A stretch of 14,378 nucleotides of DNA from a virus (taxonomy: Duplodnaviria; Heunggongvirae; Uroviricota; Caudoviricetes), in the IMG/VR virus record IMGVR_UViG_2706794664_000003; one strand, 5' to 3'. Below are positions 1 through 8,761 of this stretch, piece by piece. Both the position numbers and the translations under genes were made by a program. The notes under the pieces are model-generated. The model searched no databases and was not told the DNA's origin. It was given only the letters and a program-made list of their open reading frames with translations. Positions within the stretch are counted from its first letter, which is position 1. The number at the start of each line of letters is the position of its first letter.

Positions 1-59
1 CCGGAAACAAGTGAGCGTTTCCGGATTCTTACACAGCCACTGGATCGGTCAACTGATCC

Positions 60-1216
60 TTAACTGATCGGCATTACACCACCGGGACGCGGATTCATAT
101 CTTCCAGGTCGCGGCAGTCATTGGAAGAGTAAATTCCCCAGTTGATCCCGGTGGCGTAGGCTTCAAAACGGGACTTCATATCCCCGCGCAGTAACGCCCC
201 GGCGTTAAATTTGGCGTAATAAACGCCCTGCTTACTTTTTCGTACCAGTCCGGTGTTGATCCGCTGTTCGATGCGGGTCAGATACGGCACCAGTGAATAG
301 TTGATAAATCCCAGCCCCAGCTCTTCGATATTGTTGAAGGTGGCGCGATCGGTGTTCTGCACCATGTGCAACGGCACCCGGAACAGACGACAGATTTCTT
401 CCAGCTGAAACTTGCGGGTTTCCAGGAACTGACTGTCCTCGGCGTTCAGCGCCATCGACTTCCAGTCCAGCCCCATTTCCAGAATCATCGGGCGGTGAGC
501 ATTGCCAAGCCCCGTGTGACACTCCTCAAAATCTTTCTTCAGACGCTCGTAAGCATCCGGCGTGAGCTTTTGTTCCGTACGCAACACACCGGATGTCACC
601 GCACCATTACTAAACAACCTGGCACCGTGCTCCTCGGTTGCCGCTGCCAGTGAAATGGCCTCACGCGCATACGCAATGGGATTCAGCCCGACAAGTCCAT
701 CCAGCGTCAGGGTGCGCACATGCCAGATTTCATTCTGGGTCAACACATCCACGGAACCATCCGGAAACGTCACCTGATAAACCGGCTGCCACTGGCTGTT
801 CAGCTTCGGTTCCACACAGCCCGGATCTATCGGAAGAAGCTCCACCACTTCTCCCAGTGCCTTTACCTTGTAGGCGTAAAAATTCCCCCGTAGACACAGG
901 CAGACAATAACCAGCTCCCAGAATTCCTGCGGTGTCATGTAGCCATTAGGTTTTGCCGAAACCAACTTATGCAGTCGTTCATCCACCGCCCGTGTTTTCA
1001 GGGTACCGCTGATTTTGTAGAGACTGCAGGGCAGCATACCAACAGACTCTGCCAGCACCCTGACGCAAGAATAGACCGCCGTCAGGCGCATGGCCCGCTG
1101 GCTACTGATCCGCTTTCCGGTATAGGTGTCGTATGACAGCCCGATAGCATCAGCAGTTCTGCTGGCGTGGTCACCGGCACATCGCTTTTTCGTTGAAATA
1201 ATCCCGAAAAGAACAC
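60..1216 (-). CDS. phage portal protein (HK97 family), reading frame interrupted near the N-terminus
   Basis: The 60..1307 ORF carries portal-like sequence from about residue 60 on (AMRLTAVYSCVRVLAESVGMLP...). Its first ~60 residues are Cys/Arg/Trp-rich and overlap the upstream small ORF; that start is TTG. A GTG at 1216-1214 sits 6 nt after a GGAGG (1227-1223), overlaps the upstream TAG (TAGTG) and opens a 44-codon frame ([26 protein letters not shown]...) that stops at 1084-1082. Joining the two frames needs one extra base somewhere in about 1100-1145. Confidence 0.7.
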
Positions 1217-1398
1217 TATTTACCTCCGCCGACAGACTGCCGTGTACGGTCGAGATATCGCGCCACCAGCCACGACCAGAACAGGCACAGCGCCCCGGCA
1301 ACAACAAAACCCGCCGGGGGATAAATCAGCCAGGCACCATACGCCAGCAAAAGCGCACCCAGCACGCCCACCAGAGGCGCGAGAATCAGCATGATCAT
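1216..1398 (-). CDS. small hydrophobic protein (two predicted transmembrane segments) between terminase and portal
   Basis: 60-aa [66 protein letters not shown] at 1398 is preceded by GAGGT and lies 11 nt after the terminase stop; its stop overlaps the proposed portal GTG. Confidence 0.5.
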   Translation of the reverse strand: MIMLILAPLVGVLGALLLAYGAWLIYPPAGFVVAGALCLFWSWLVARYLDRTRQSVGGGK

Positions 1399-1409
1399 AA
1401 TTACCTCAG

Positions 1410-3143
1410 TTAAAGCGAGCGGATCCCGTAGGACTCAATGTGGTCAGACAGCGTGTCTTCTTTCTCGTACAGCATGGCTCTGCCAACCGCCATAATCAGC
1501 GCAACTGCACCATCGATTTTGTTTTCCGCCTGCTCTTTGACGGGTTTCACCACATCATCGTTACCCGGCATGTTTTTGCCGACCACGTTGCCGATACACC
1601 AGGTCATGATGGGATTGCCGTCATGATGAAAACGTCCCGATTCAATCGCTGCTTCCAGCTCTTTCATCGGATCGGACATATTGGTGAAGTTCTGGACGAT
1701 AGTGACGGGATTCAGGTCTTCATCAGCAAGGTCATGTGACAACCCGGTCGCCCCGAAGGGGTCGATGGGTGACTCACTGACCGGGCTGATTTTGTTCGCC
1801 GCTTTGGCCTCCTCGAGGATGTAGCGATAATCCACCTCCGCACCATCGGTAACGGTCAGAACGCCCATTTCCACCCATTTCTGAAAGCGTTCGGCTGTCC
1901 GTCGATCTTCATTTTTCTCGACGCTGTACACCGTGTCATACGGTACCCAGAAACGCGGGGCCACACTGTAGTAATGCGTTTTACCGTCAATCTCGCGGGT
2001 ATAAAGTCGCGCCATGCTGTTCATATCCAGCTTACGCGCCAGGTCAAAGGCCAGAATGCACGGCTGCCCCTCGAACTGCTCAAGGGTCAGTGATTTATCC
2101 TCGCAGCTCTGCCAGCTCACCAAGTTGAAATACGCCGAACGCGCCGACACCCAGATATTGAGGTGTTTTGTTTTAAAGACGTTTGCCAGACGGGCGTTAT
2201 TTTTCGCACGCTGCTGCTGACTTAACAAAAATTCGCGATAAACCGACACGCCAATATTTGGATTGGCTTTTTCCAGCACCTGCGGGCCGGTCCAGTCGTC
2301 ACCTTCATCAACGGTATAGATGATCCCGAACAGTTCATCGTTAGGCACCGAGCCGTTGAGCATCTCGATGACTTCCCGCCGCTTGTCGTAGCACGGCCCC
2401 TCAATGTTGTACCCGGCGGTGGTGATGGCCCACATCAGTGGCTGACGTCGCGCCCCCATCCCGGTAAGCATTGTGGTATAAAGCGCATCGGTGGCATGCT
2501 CGTGATATTCATCAACCACGGCACAGTGGGGTGATGAACCATCACCTGGGTTGCCGATCAGCGGTTCAAACCGCGCGCCATCCTCCGGACGGTTCATGTT
2601 TGAGGCGTTAACCTCAATCCCGAACGCTTCCGTCAGCATGGGTGTGCGTTTACACATCAGTCGCGCCGGGCGAAAGACTTCCCACGCCTGTTTCTCTGTC
2701 GTGGCACCGGAATACACTTCCGCGCCAAACTCGTTATCACAGGCAAAACAATACAGGGCAACACCGGCAGAGATTGCTGATTTGCCGTTCTTACGGGGGA
2801 TTTCGGTGTACACCTCCCGGAAGCGGCGCAACCGGGTGCCTTTATTGACCCAGCCAAACGCACAGCAGATCACAAATAGCTGCCACGGCTCCAGCGTGAT
2901 GGGCATCCGTTTGAATGCCCACTCCCCCTTGGTGTGCGGCAACAGCTGAATAAATTTCGCGGCCCGTTCAGCCAGGTCCTTGTCGAAGCGGTAACGAAAC
3001 GACTTACTTTTTTCCGCCATCAGGTCATCAAGATGGCGCTGGCAGGCCTGAATCACAAACTGGCAGGCAACAATCTTTCCGCGCACGACATCCCGGGCAT
3101 ACTGATTTGCAGCATTTACGTTGGGGTAAGATTTCCGGCTCAT
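1410..3143 (-). CDS. terL: terminase large subunit
   Basis: 577-aa intact ORF; position after the small subunit and before the portal; ATG at 3143-3141 overlaps the upstream TGA (ATGA). Family call is from overall resemblance to phage large terminases. Confidence 0.85.
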   Translation of the reverse strand: MSRKSYPNVNAANQYARDVVRGKIVACQFVIQACQRHLDDLMAEKSKSFRYRFDKDLAERAAKFIQLLPHTKGEWAFKRMPITLEPWQLFVICCAFGWVNKGTRLRRFREVYTEIPRKNGKSAISAGVALYCFACDNEFGAEVYSGATTEKQAWEVFRPARLMCKRTPMLTEAFGIEVNASNMNRPEDGARFEPLIGNPGDGSSPHCAVVDEYHEHATDALYTTMLTGMGARRQPLMWAITTAGYNIEGPCYDKRREVIEMLNGSVPNDELFGIIYTVDEGDDWTGPQVLEKANPNIGVSVYREFLLSQQQRAKNNARLANVFKTKHLNIWVSARSAYFNLVSWQSCEDKSLTLEQFEGQPCILAFDLARKLDMNSMARLYTREIDGKTHYYSVAPRFWVPYDTVYSVEKNEDRRTAERFQKWVEMGVLTVTDGAEVDYRYILEEAKAANKISPVSESPIDPFGATGLSHDLADEDLNPVTIVQNFTNMSDPMKELEAAIESGRFHHDGNPIMTWCIGNVVGKNMPGNDDVVKPVKEQAENKIDGAVALIMAVGRAMLYEKEDTLSDHIESYGIRSL

Positions 3144-3561
3144 GATTCGATAATTTTCAGAAACGGGTTAGTGGCTTTCTTCTGCCCCGCCAGGCCAATC
3201 AGACGCTGGCGGCTGCTGGGGTCGAGTCCGAGCATTGCCCCCGTGCTGCTCATCTCGGACTCCTGTTCTTTTTTGGCGGTCAGCTCCGGATTTTTGACCC
3301 TGCCGCCCATTGCACCGGTGATGGTGTTGCCCTGTATGGCAATATTTTTCACGGCACGTCGCCAGAACTCATAGGCCACGCACCACCGCTCAAGTACCGC
3401 CAGGTCAGTCACGCACAGCAGGCCCTGACCGCAGAGTTCTTTGGTTGTCAGTTGCCACATGATCGTGGCGAGAGGGAGATCTTCTTCAGCGAACCACTCT
3501 GGTGGCTCAACACCTTTGATGGGCGTAAAAACAGGTTCATCTTTGTTCAGGGCTCGCTTGC
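3140..3561 (-). CDS. terminase small subunit (P27-family-like), 5' end lost in assembly gap
   Basis: Readable part starts at the gap edge with [23 protein letters not shown]..., resembling the N-terminal region of P27-type small terminases; stop overlaps the terL start. Confidence 0.65.
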
Positions 3562-3674
3562 NNNNNNNNNNNNNNNNNNNNNNNNNNNNNNNNNNNNNNN
3601 NNNNNNNNNNNNNNNNNNNNNNNNNNNNNNNNNNNNNNNNNNNNNNNNNNNNNNNNNNNNNNNNNNNNNNNNNN
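3562..3674. other. assembly gap (113 N)
   Basis: Run of n characters; frames cannot be carried across it. Confidence 1.
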
Positions 3675-3966
3675 GGTTGCTGTCTGCGTCTGTTCCGCCA
3701 TGCGCTTTCGGGATGATGTGGTCGACGGTTTTCGCCTCGCTCACCACACCGACACGCAGACACAACTGACACAGACCTTTATCGCGCTTCAGAATACGGG
3801 CACGAATCACCGTCCATTTTGAGCCATAGCCACGCTGGTGGCGGCTCAGTCCGCGCTGGTGCTGCACCCAGCCTTCACCGCGATGTTTATCGCAGTAACC
3901 CGAACTGTCTGTGGTTGTACCTGCACATCCACGCTTACGGCAGGCACGTGGGATTAGTGATGGCAT
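3675..3966 (-). CDS. HNH endonuclease (terminase-associated), 3' end lost in assembly gap
   Basis: ATG at 3966 preceded by GAGGT; Cys-rich N-terminus (CRKRGC...CDKH) and DHIIPKAHGGTDADSN motif typical of HNH nucleases; sits immediately upstream of the small terminase. Confidence 0.75.
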
Positions 3967-4008
3967 AAATACCTCATACCCTGCGAAATGTTTACCACGA
4001 TAAAAAGG

Positions 4009-4473
4009 CTACTTAATGCACTGAGTGCGGATATACTCCTGTGCCCCTTCCAGTTGCATCTGCATCGTCATCAGCCGCTCTCTGAGGGTGAAATAATCCC
4101 GTTCAGCGGTGTCTGCCAGTCGGGGGCTGGTTGCATTATCCACGCCGGAGGCGGTGGTGGCTTCACGCACTGACTGACAGACTGCTTTGATGTGCAACCG
4201 ACGACGACCAGCGGCAACATCAGCGCGCAGAGTTTCATTTTCAGCTTTCGCATCAGCTAACTCCTTCGTGTATTTAGCATCGAGTGCATTAACATCACGC
4301 TGTCTCTGCTGCATGTCAGTAATGGTTGCGTTCGCCAGCTTCAGTTCTCTTGCGTTTTTGTCGCGCTGCTCTTTGTAGGTAATGGCGTTATCACGGTAAT
4401 GATTAACAGCCCATGACAGGCGGACGATGATGCAGATAACCAGAGCGGAGATAATCGCGGTGACTCTGCTCAT
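4009..4473 (-). CDS. Rz: i-spanin Rz
   Basis: [34 protein letters not shown]... closely matches lambda Rz as recalled; start taken at the second in-frame ATG (4473), overlapping the endolysin TGA (ATGA). Confidence 0.85.
   Translation of the reverse strand: MSRVTAIISALVICIIVRLSWAVNHYRDNAITYKEQRDKNARELKLANATITDMQQRQRDVNALDAKYTKELADAKAENETLRADVAAGRRRLHIKAVCQSVREATTASGVDNATSPRLADTAERDYFTLRERLMTMQMQLEGAQEYIRTQCIK
4071..4253 (-). CDS. Rz1: o-spanin Rz1 (lipoprotein) embedded in Rz in the +1 frame
   Basis: 60-aa [55 protein letters not shown]... with lipobox LVVVGC and a proline run; fully inside Rz. Confidence 0.8.
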   Translation of the reverse strand: MRKLKMKLCALMLPLVVVGCTSKQSVSQCVKPPPPPAWIMQPAPDWQTPLNGIISPSESG

Positions 4474-4967
4474 TGCTGCCCCCACAAACAGACTTCACGC
4501 TCAATCTCACGACGGGTCATCAGCCCTTTCCATTGCTTACCGCCAGCATATGTCCAGCGACATAGCTGGTCACATGCGCCTTTGATATAGCCCTGGTTTA
4601 TTTTGCGAAGAAGCGTCGATGTTCTGAAATTGCCAGCGCCCACGTTGTAAACGAACGAGTAAAGAGCGCCGCGCGTTGTTTCCGGTATATCGACTTTGAT
4701 GTACGGGTTAATTTGTCTGGCGACAGTGGCAAGGTCTTTATTCAGGAGGGCTTTGCATTCTGCTTCGGTATACGTTTTACCGAGCATGATGTCTTTTCCG
4801 GTGTGTCCGTGACATACAGTCCATACACCAATGATATCTTTGTATGGTATGTAGCTGACACCTTCCAGACCATCGTTACCACCTGGGCCAGTGATTAACA
4901 CAGATGCTATAGCAACAGCCCCACCACCAATAGCAGCTGCAACAGCCTTGCGTAATGATGGCGACAT
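4470..4967 (-). CDS. R: SAR endolysin (phage lysozyme, P21 R-like)
   Basis: 165 aa; N-terminal Gly/Ala-rich weakly hydrophobic segment ([20 protein letters not shown]) typical of signal-anchor-release endolysins; closely resembles P21 lysozyme as recalled. Confidence 0.85.
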   Translation of the reverse strand: MSPSLRKAVAAAIGGGAVAIASVLITGPGGNDGLEGVSYIPYKDIIGVWTVCHGHTGKDIMLGKTYTEAECKALLNKDLATVARQINPYIKVDIPETTRGALYSFVYNVGAGNFRTSTLLRKINQGYIKGACDQLCRWTYAGGKQWKGLMTRREIEREVCLWGQQ

Positions 4968-5182
4968 TATTCACCTCTCGCAGCCTTACGCTTGTCTTCT
5001 CTTATTTTGAAATACAGATTTGTCAGATAAGTCAGAAGCCCCAGAAGCAGACTTCCCAGCACACCAATCGCAGCCCACTGTGATGGACTGACCTGATCCA
5101 ACCACTGCAAAAACCAGTAGCCGGCACTGCCGGCGGAGGTGCCGTAGGCAATGCCTGTTGATATTTTTTCCATCTGATACAT
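4967..5182 (-). CDS. S: pinholin (P21 S-like) with dual-start motif
   Basis: 71 aa [30 protein letters not shown]...; two in-frame Met (1 and 4); two hydrophobic segments; stop overlaps the endolysin start (TAATG). Confidence 0.85.
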   Translation of the reverse strand: MYQMEKISTGIAYGTSAGSAGYWFLQWLDQVSPSQWAAIGVLGSLLLGLLTYLTNLYFKIREDKRKAARGE

Positions 5183-5213
5183 ATCCCGCCCCCCGACAGA
5201 CCTGTGCTATCGG

Positions 5214-5248
5214 AAAGAAAAAAGGCCATCAGCAAAACTCTGATGGCC
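5214..5248 (-). terminator. intrinsic terminator candidate 30 nt upstream of the holin start
   Basis: 9-bp stem GGCCATCAG/CTGATGGCC (5224-5232 / 5240-5248) with 7-nt loop, followed on the minus strand by TTTTTTCTTTCC. Confidence 0.5.
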
Positions 5249-5862
5249 TGAATCACCTTTACCAATATTGTATGAAAAAACACGCACGACTAATTGACAA
5301 TAATTTTCATTTCCATTAAAAAAGATCGCGTAGCATTCTTAATTCATGAGGAACTTTACCCGCCAGCAATCTGAGTAGCGAAAGCTGTTCATCCCCAATG
5401 TTTTTGCTGGCGGGTCCTTTTTTCTACGGTCCTCCTCCCCGGAGGGGGGCATTTCATTATTTTTCTAATCGTTACTGGTGAGAAGGCGGAAGAAAAAGCC
5501 AGTTCTTCGCCCCTAAATAACAGCATGATTCCAGTCCATGCAAAATCTGATTTCCAGCTCACACATACCGAGCGCTGTACAAAAAACCGCCAGCCAAGGC
5601 AGTTAAGAGTGTGTTCCCGGGGTTTGCTTAGAATATTTTGTAAGTTGTCCGAAGAGATATTTACAACACCAGAATGATGAATCATCAGTCCCCTGCCAGA
5701 GGTTCACTACGTAACCTGACCGACAATGCACCATTCTGGTGCTGAAAAAAGAGCACTGGAACTGCAACAAAACAACATCACAGAACAGGAGATGGTAAGG
5801 AGTCAGACATTCCCACACAATATTGTGTCAGTGCAAATAACAACCTTCGTCTCAAATCTCGC

Positions 5863-5937
<75 letters not shown>

Positions 5938-5940
5938 ATA

Positions 5941-6016
<76 letters not shown>

Positions 6017-6018
6017 GC

Positions 6019-6095
6019 TGGCCCACCACCGAGGACTCGAACCTCGCACCGTCAACTTAGAAGGTTGATGCTCTATCCGGATGAGCTAGTGGTGG
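6019..6095 (-). tRNA. tRNA-Arg (anticodon TCT)
   Basis: 77 nt; acceptor CCACCAC/GTGGTGG, anticodon stem TCAAC/GTTGA, loop CTTCTAA, T stem CGAGG/CCTCG, CCA. Confidence 0.8.
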
Positions 6096-6096
6096 T

Positions 6097-6173
6097 TGGT
6101 GGCCCTTGCTGGACTTGAACCAGCGACCTGGCGATTATGAGTCGCTCGCTCTGACCAACTGAGCTAAAGGGCC
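6097..6173 (-). tRNA. tRNA with CAT anticodon (Ile2-type or Met)
   Basis: 77 nt; acceptor GGCCCTT/AAGGGCC, anticodon loop CTCATAA, T stem GCTGG/CCAGC, CCA; resembles E. coli ileX-type tRNA as recalled; first anticodon-stem pair is A-C. Confidence 0.65.
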
Positions 6174-6261
6174 GGAGGCAGAATAATAACCATATGTCAT
6201 CACATCTGCAAACTCATCTGACCACCAGCACGTTTAACGTCCTGTGCCGTTTTTCAGGTAT

Positions 6262-6283
6262 AAAAAAACCCGCATAAAGCGGG
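6262..6283 (-). terminator. intrinsic terminator candidate between the Q-like gene and the tRNA cluster
   Basis: Hairpin CCCGC-loop-GCGGG (6269-6283) followed on the minus strand by seven T (6268-6262), about 80 nt after the Q-like stop. Confidence 0.55.
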
Positions 6284-6362
6284 CTCTTTCAAATGTCCAT
6301 GTCTGCTATTCGCCTCGCGGTACAGCTTTGCGAAGCGTACAAGAATTGAAGCAGTTTTTACG

Positions 6363-6917
6363 TCAAAAAGCAATAACTTTTTTCTCTATACCAAAAGCCA
6401 TAACCATTGGTTTGTACAAAATAAATTCTGCCACCTTTAGCCAATGCTCAATGCGTCTTTCACAGGTTCTTAAACTCCATTTCGGGTGTGCATCATTCAG
6501 CAGTTCAGCCATTTTGCGTTTGGTCATCCCCCGCCCCTCATACCGTTGCCGAAGGACGCTAATCAATCCTGGATGCTCTGCCAGCACCTCACTTATGACC
6601 CGATCAATACATAACGCCTCTGCATCAGTACAATGCGCCAGCCAGCTCTTTTGCTTACCGTTAATCATATCCCGCAAAAAAGCCTCAAGTTCAGACTTGT
6701 TCAGACCTGCTTTTTTCATCCTCCGGAGCGCCTCGTTAATTGCCGTTTTTGTCAGCTTTTTAGAGGTCAACATCAGGTTAAACATATTCCCCGTCTTACC
6801 GCCACCAATATACGACCAGCGCCCCCACATACGTAGTTTTCCCTGAATCCAGACACTTTCCAGCGTGGTGAGACGAAGGTGTTCTCCGCTTTTTCCTGTA
6901 TTCGTTGGGTAAATCAT
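6363..6917 (-). CDS. putative late-gene antiterminator (Q-like)
   Basis: 184 aa from the ATG at 6917 (AGGAGG 7 nt upstream; ATGA overlap with the ybcO-like stop). Call rests mainly on position, last gene before the terminator/tRNA/lysis block; family resemblance is only a loose impression. Confidence 0.45.
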   Translation of the reverse strand: MIYPTNTGKSGEHLRLTTLESVWIQGKLRMWGRWSYIGGGKTGNMFNLMLTSKKLTKTAINEALRRMKKAGLNKSELEAFLRDMINGKQKSWLAHCTDAEALCIDRVISEVLAEHPGLISVLRQRYEGRGMTKRKMAELLNDAHPKWSLRTCERRIEHWLKVAEFILYKPMVMAFGIEKKVIAF

Positions 6918-7204
6918 AAATATCCCTCCTTTCTCCAGATTTCTTGTGTGCGAAAAACACCTTCTGCATGCATCAGGCGTAATTCTTCTTTGGTGTAATC
7001 GCTGGTTTTTACCCGCCCGTCGATTAAATCGTGGCACGAGCTACAGGCAATCGCTGCCTGCATATCGTGTGGCTTTATCGCTGTTCCGCACGTTCCCGCC
7101 AGTCGGTAATGCGCCAGCACAGACGTTTCCGGATCGTGATTGCAGTAGCCAGGAATTCTGACGGTGCACATCTGCCCCCGCGCCGCTTTACGTAAATCCA
7201 CCAT
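6914..7204 (-). CDS. ybcO: YbcO-like protein (DUF1364, putative zinc-binding nuclease)
   Basis: 96 aa MVDLRKAARGQMCTVRIPGYCNHDPETSVLAHYRLAGTCG...ACSSCHD resembles DLP12 YbcO as recalled; conserved Cys/His pattern. Confidence 0.7.
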   Translation of the reverse strand: MVDLRKAARGQMCTVRIPGYCNHDPETSVLAHYRLAGTCGTAIKPHDMQAAIACSSCHDLIDGRVKTSDYTKEELRLMHAEGVFRTQEIWRKEGYL

Positions 7205-7803
7205 TACGCAAACTCCAGCAGCTGCGCGGCCACATTTTCGACTTGTTCCGGAGAGGAAAATTTACGGAACAGAATCCAGTTCCACAGCACATTCAGAACA
7301 GATTTATAAACCTGCTGAAACTCGGTTTCGTCCATATTCGCAAACGCGATAGATTTCGCCCGACACCCACGGCTACCGTCCGGATAAAAATGCTCGGTGT
7401 AAAATCCGGCCTGAATGGCTACCCACTCGCGGAAAGCCTCAAACGACTTTAGCAATGCCGTATCACTGGTTCTGCGTGTCGCAACTGTATTCAGATATTG
7501 CTCTGCGGCTTCGCTCAGAGCTGGCGTATGTTCCCGGCCTACTGATTCACACAGGTAATCAACGAAACCGGACACCAGTTTTCGTTCGCGAGGCGTGATC
7601 GCCCCACCGACCGGAGTCCAGTAATCGAAACCCAGTTGCAGGAGTTTGAAAAAACGCTTGTGGAATGCGTAGTTACACACACGCTTAAAGTCTGCGTGTA
7701 TCCACTCACCTATTTTGATTTGATGCAGAAAATCGCAACTCTCCGGCGTCGCCGGGAGAAGTAATCCGGAAGAGGTTTGTTTGACCAGTTGTATATGTGC
7801 CAT
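7204..7803 (-). CDS. nin-region protein, possibly DUF1367 family
   Basis: 199 aa from the ATG at 7803 (GGAGA upstream); the longer ORF begins with TTG at 7845. Adjacent to the ybcO-like gene, as DUF1367/DUF1364 pairs usually are. Confidence 0.4.
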   Translation of the reverse strand: MAHIQLVKQTSSGLLLPATPESCDFLHQIKIGEWIHADFKRVCNYAFHKRFFKLLQLGFDYWTPVGGAITPRERKLVSGFVDYLCESVGREHTPALSEAAEQYLNTVATRRTSDTALLKSFEAFREWVAIQAGFYTEHFYPDGSRGCRAKSIAFANMDETEFQQVYKSVLNVLWNWILFRKFSSPEQVENVAAQLLEFA

Positions 7804-7841
7804 CGGCTTTCTCCGGTGGCACGGTGTTACACAGCAGGAGT

Positions 7842-8129
7842 TCAATCCTGCTCAAGATTGTAGATGAGTTTATTCTTCAGCAAAAGCAGAAAACCAGCCT
7901 TAAAACCAATCTCTTTCAAAACCCGTAATGATGTGACAAATTCGTCCTCACGCAAAATAAAACCGTCCGTCAGAAGTCCATTACAAAAATAAAATAACAC
8001 AGCACCGCTCTTCCTTTGTTGAGATTGCAAACATCTAATGCGGCAATGGCTGACAATCGCTCCATTCTCAACGCGCACAGCATAGAGGCCATTTTCACTA
8101 AAAATTTCACGCAATTCTTCGATTTTCAT
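7842..8129 (-). CDS. hypothetical protein on an AT-rich segment
   Basis: 95-aa ORF MKIEELREIFSENGLYAVRVENGAIVSHCRIRC... with GGAAGGA upstream of the ATG; surrounding DNA is visibly AT-richer than flanking phage genes. Confidence 0.4.
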   Translation of the reverse strand: MKIEELREIFSENGLYAVRVENGAIVSHCRIRCLQSQQRKSGAVLFYFCNGLLTDGFILREDEFVTSLRVLKEIGFKAGFLLLLKNKLIYNLEQD

Positions 8130-8250
8130 CTTCAGAATCCTTCCAGATAAATAGCTCTCCCCTGTTCGGGGTCCATCCCTCTTCTCCCTGCGCGCTACTT
8201 AAGTGAGTCGATTCTATCTGCGAAGGTGCGCGAATCAAATTCACCGGAAA

Positions 8251-8303
8251 TAAACAACAAAAAACCCGCCGAAACGCTGAGAGATCACAGCGATGGGCGG
8301 GTT
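8251..8303 (-). terminator. intrinsic terminator candidate downstream of hok
   Basis: Two-tier hairpin (outer 8263-8270 / 8296-8303, inner CGCTG/CAGCG) followed on the minus strand by TTTTGTTGTTT. Confidence 0.45.
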
Positions 8304-8378
8304 AAGTGCGGGTGCGTTGAGGATGCCTGACACATCAGAGGTGGGCGGGGATGGGATCAGCTCCCCGCCCGGTCACTC

Positions 8379-8534
8379 TTACTTCCTGGATTCGTAGTCT
8401 ACGAAGACAGCGACCTCCGTCTGGCCGGTTCGGATTCGTACCTCACAGAGGTCTTTCCTCGTTACCAGTGCCGTCACTATGACGGTTAAACAGATGACGA
8501 TCAGGGCGATTAACATCGCCTTTTGCTGCTTCAT
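8379..8534 (-). CDS. hok: Hok/Gef-family type I toxin
   Basis: 51 aa MKQQKAMLIALIVICLTVIVTALVTRKDLCEVRIRTGQTEVAVFVDYESRK; single transmembrane helix and conserved CEVRIRTGQTEVA motif; near-identical to Hok/Gef toxins as recalled. Confidence 0.8.
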   Translation of the reverse strand: MKQQKAMLIALIVICLTVIVTALVTRKDLCEVRIRTGQTEVAVFVDYESRK

Positions 8535-8591
8535 AGCCTGCTTCTCCTTGCCTTTCGGCATGTAAGAGGCTAACCTACATGTGCAAAGCAT
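8379..8591 (-). CDS. mok: mok-like reading frame (in-frame upstream extension of hok)
   Basis: 70-aa ORF from the ATG at 8591 continuing in frame into hok, the arrangement recalled for chromosomal mok/hok loci. Confidence 0.5.
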   Translation of the reverse strand: MLCTCRLASYMPKGKEKQAMKQQKAMLIALIVICLTVIVTALVTRKDLCEVRIRTGQTEVAVFVDYESRK

Positions 8592-8761
8592 GAAATTGGC
8601 CTCAGATTAATGTTAAGCGTCTTGCCGGACGCGTAATGTTAACTGGGGCTTTTCTCTATCTGCCTTTTGGTGTTCATGCCTGAAGCAGATAGCCTCAAGC
8701 ACCCGCAGTCATTCTACTTACCTCGCCAATATGAAATCAATCAGAAAGGTGCCCCATAAAA

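Noticed and set aside
60-1307. 415-aa portal ORF starting at TTG 1307
   Set aside because: The first ~60 residues are Cys/Arg/Trp-rich, unlike a portal N-terminus, and overlap the upstream small ORF by 92 nt; the GTG at 1216 with GGAGG is a better start.
1438-3374. Plus-strand ORFs antisense to the terminase genes (e.g. 1440..1739, 2551..2949, 2934..3374)
   Set aside because: They lie inside well-supported minus-strand genes and have no coding signal; typical shadow ORFs.
3441-3769. Plus-strand ORFs 3441..3716 and 3452..3769, and long ORFs 10887..11369 and 11003..11605 (also plus)
   Set aside because: They are open only because they read through N runs.
5427-5450. C-rich/G-rich quasi-palindrome CCTCCTCCCCGGAGGGGGG
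   Set aside because: The arms are not true reverse complements with a loop, so no stable hairpin; not called a terminator.
5389-5818. Minus-strand ORFs 5389..5685 and 5603..5818 in the tRNA-holin gap
   Set aside because: No ribosome-binding sites and low-complexity, Cys/Trp-rich translations; treated as noncoding.
5183-5862. Shiga toxin or other cargo genes in the tRNA-to-holin slot
   Set aside because: No ORF of suitable size or signal-peptide character is present.
6363-7037. 224-aa long form of the Q-like ORF
   Set aside because: It overlaps the ybcO-like gene by over 120 nt; the internal ATG at 6917 has an AGGAGG and a coupled ATGA overlap.
7204-7845. 213-aa long form of the DUF1367-like ORF
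   Set aside because: It begins with TTG overlapping the upstream stop; the ATG at 7803 has a better ribosome-binding site.
8540-8660. Annotating a precise sok antisense RNA gene
   Set aside because: Promoter and hairpin candidates exist but no clean start-hairpin-U-tract unit could be defined; left as a hypothesis.
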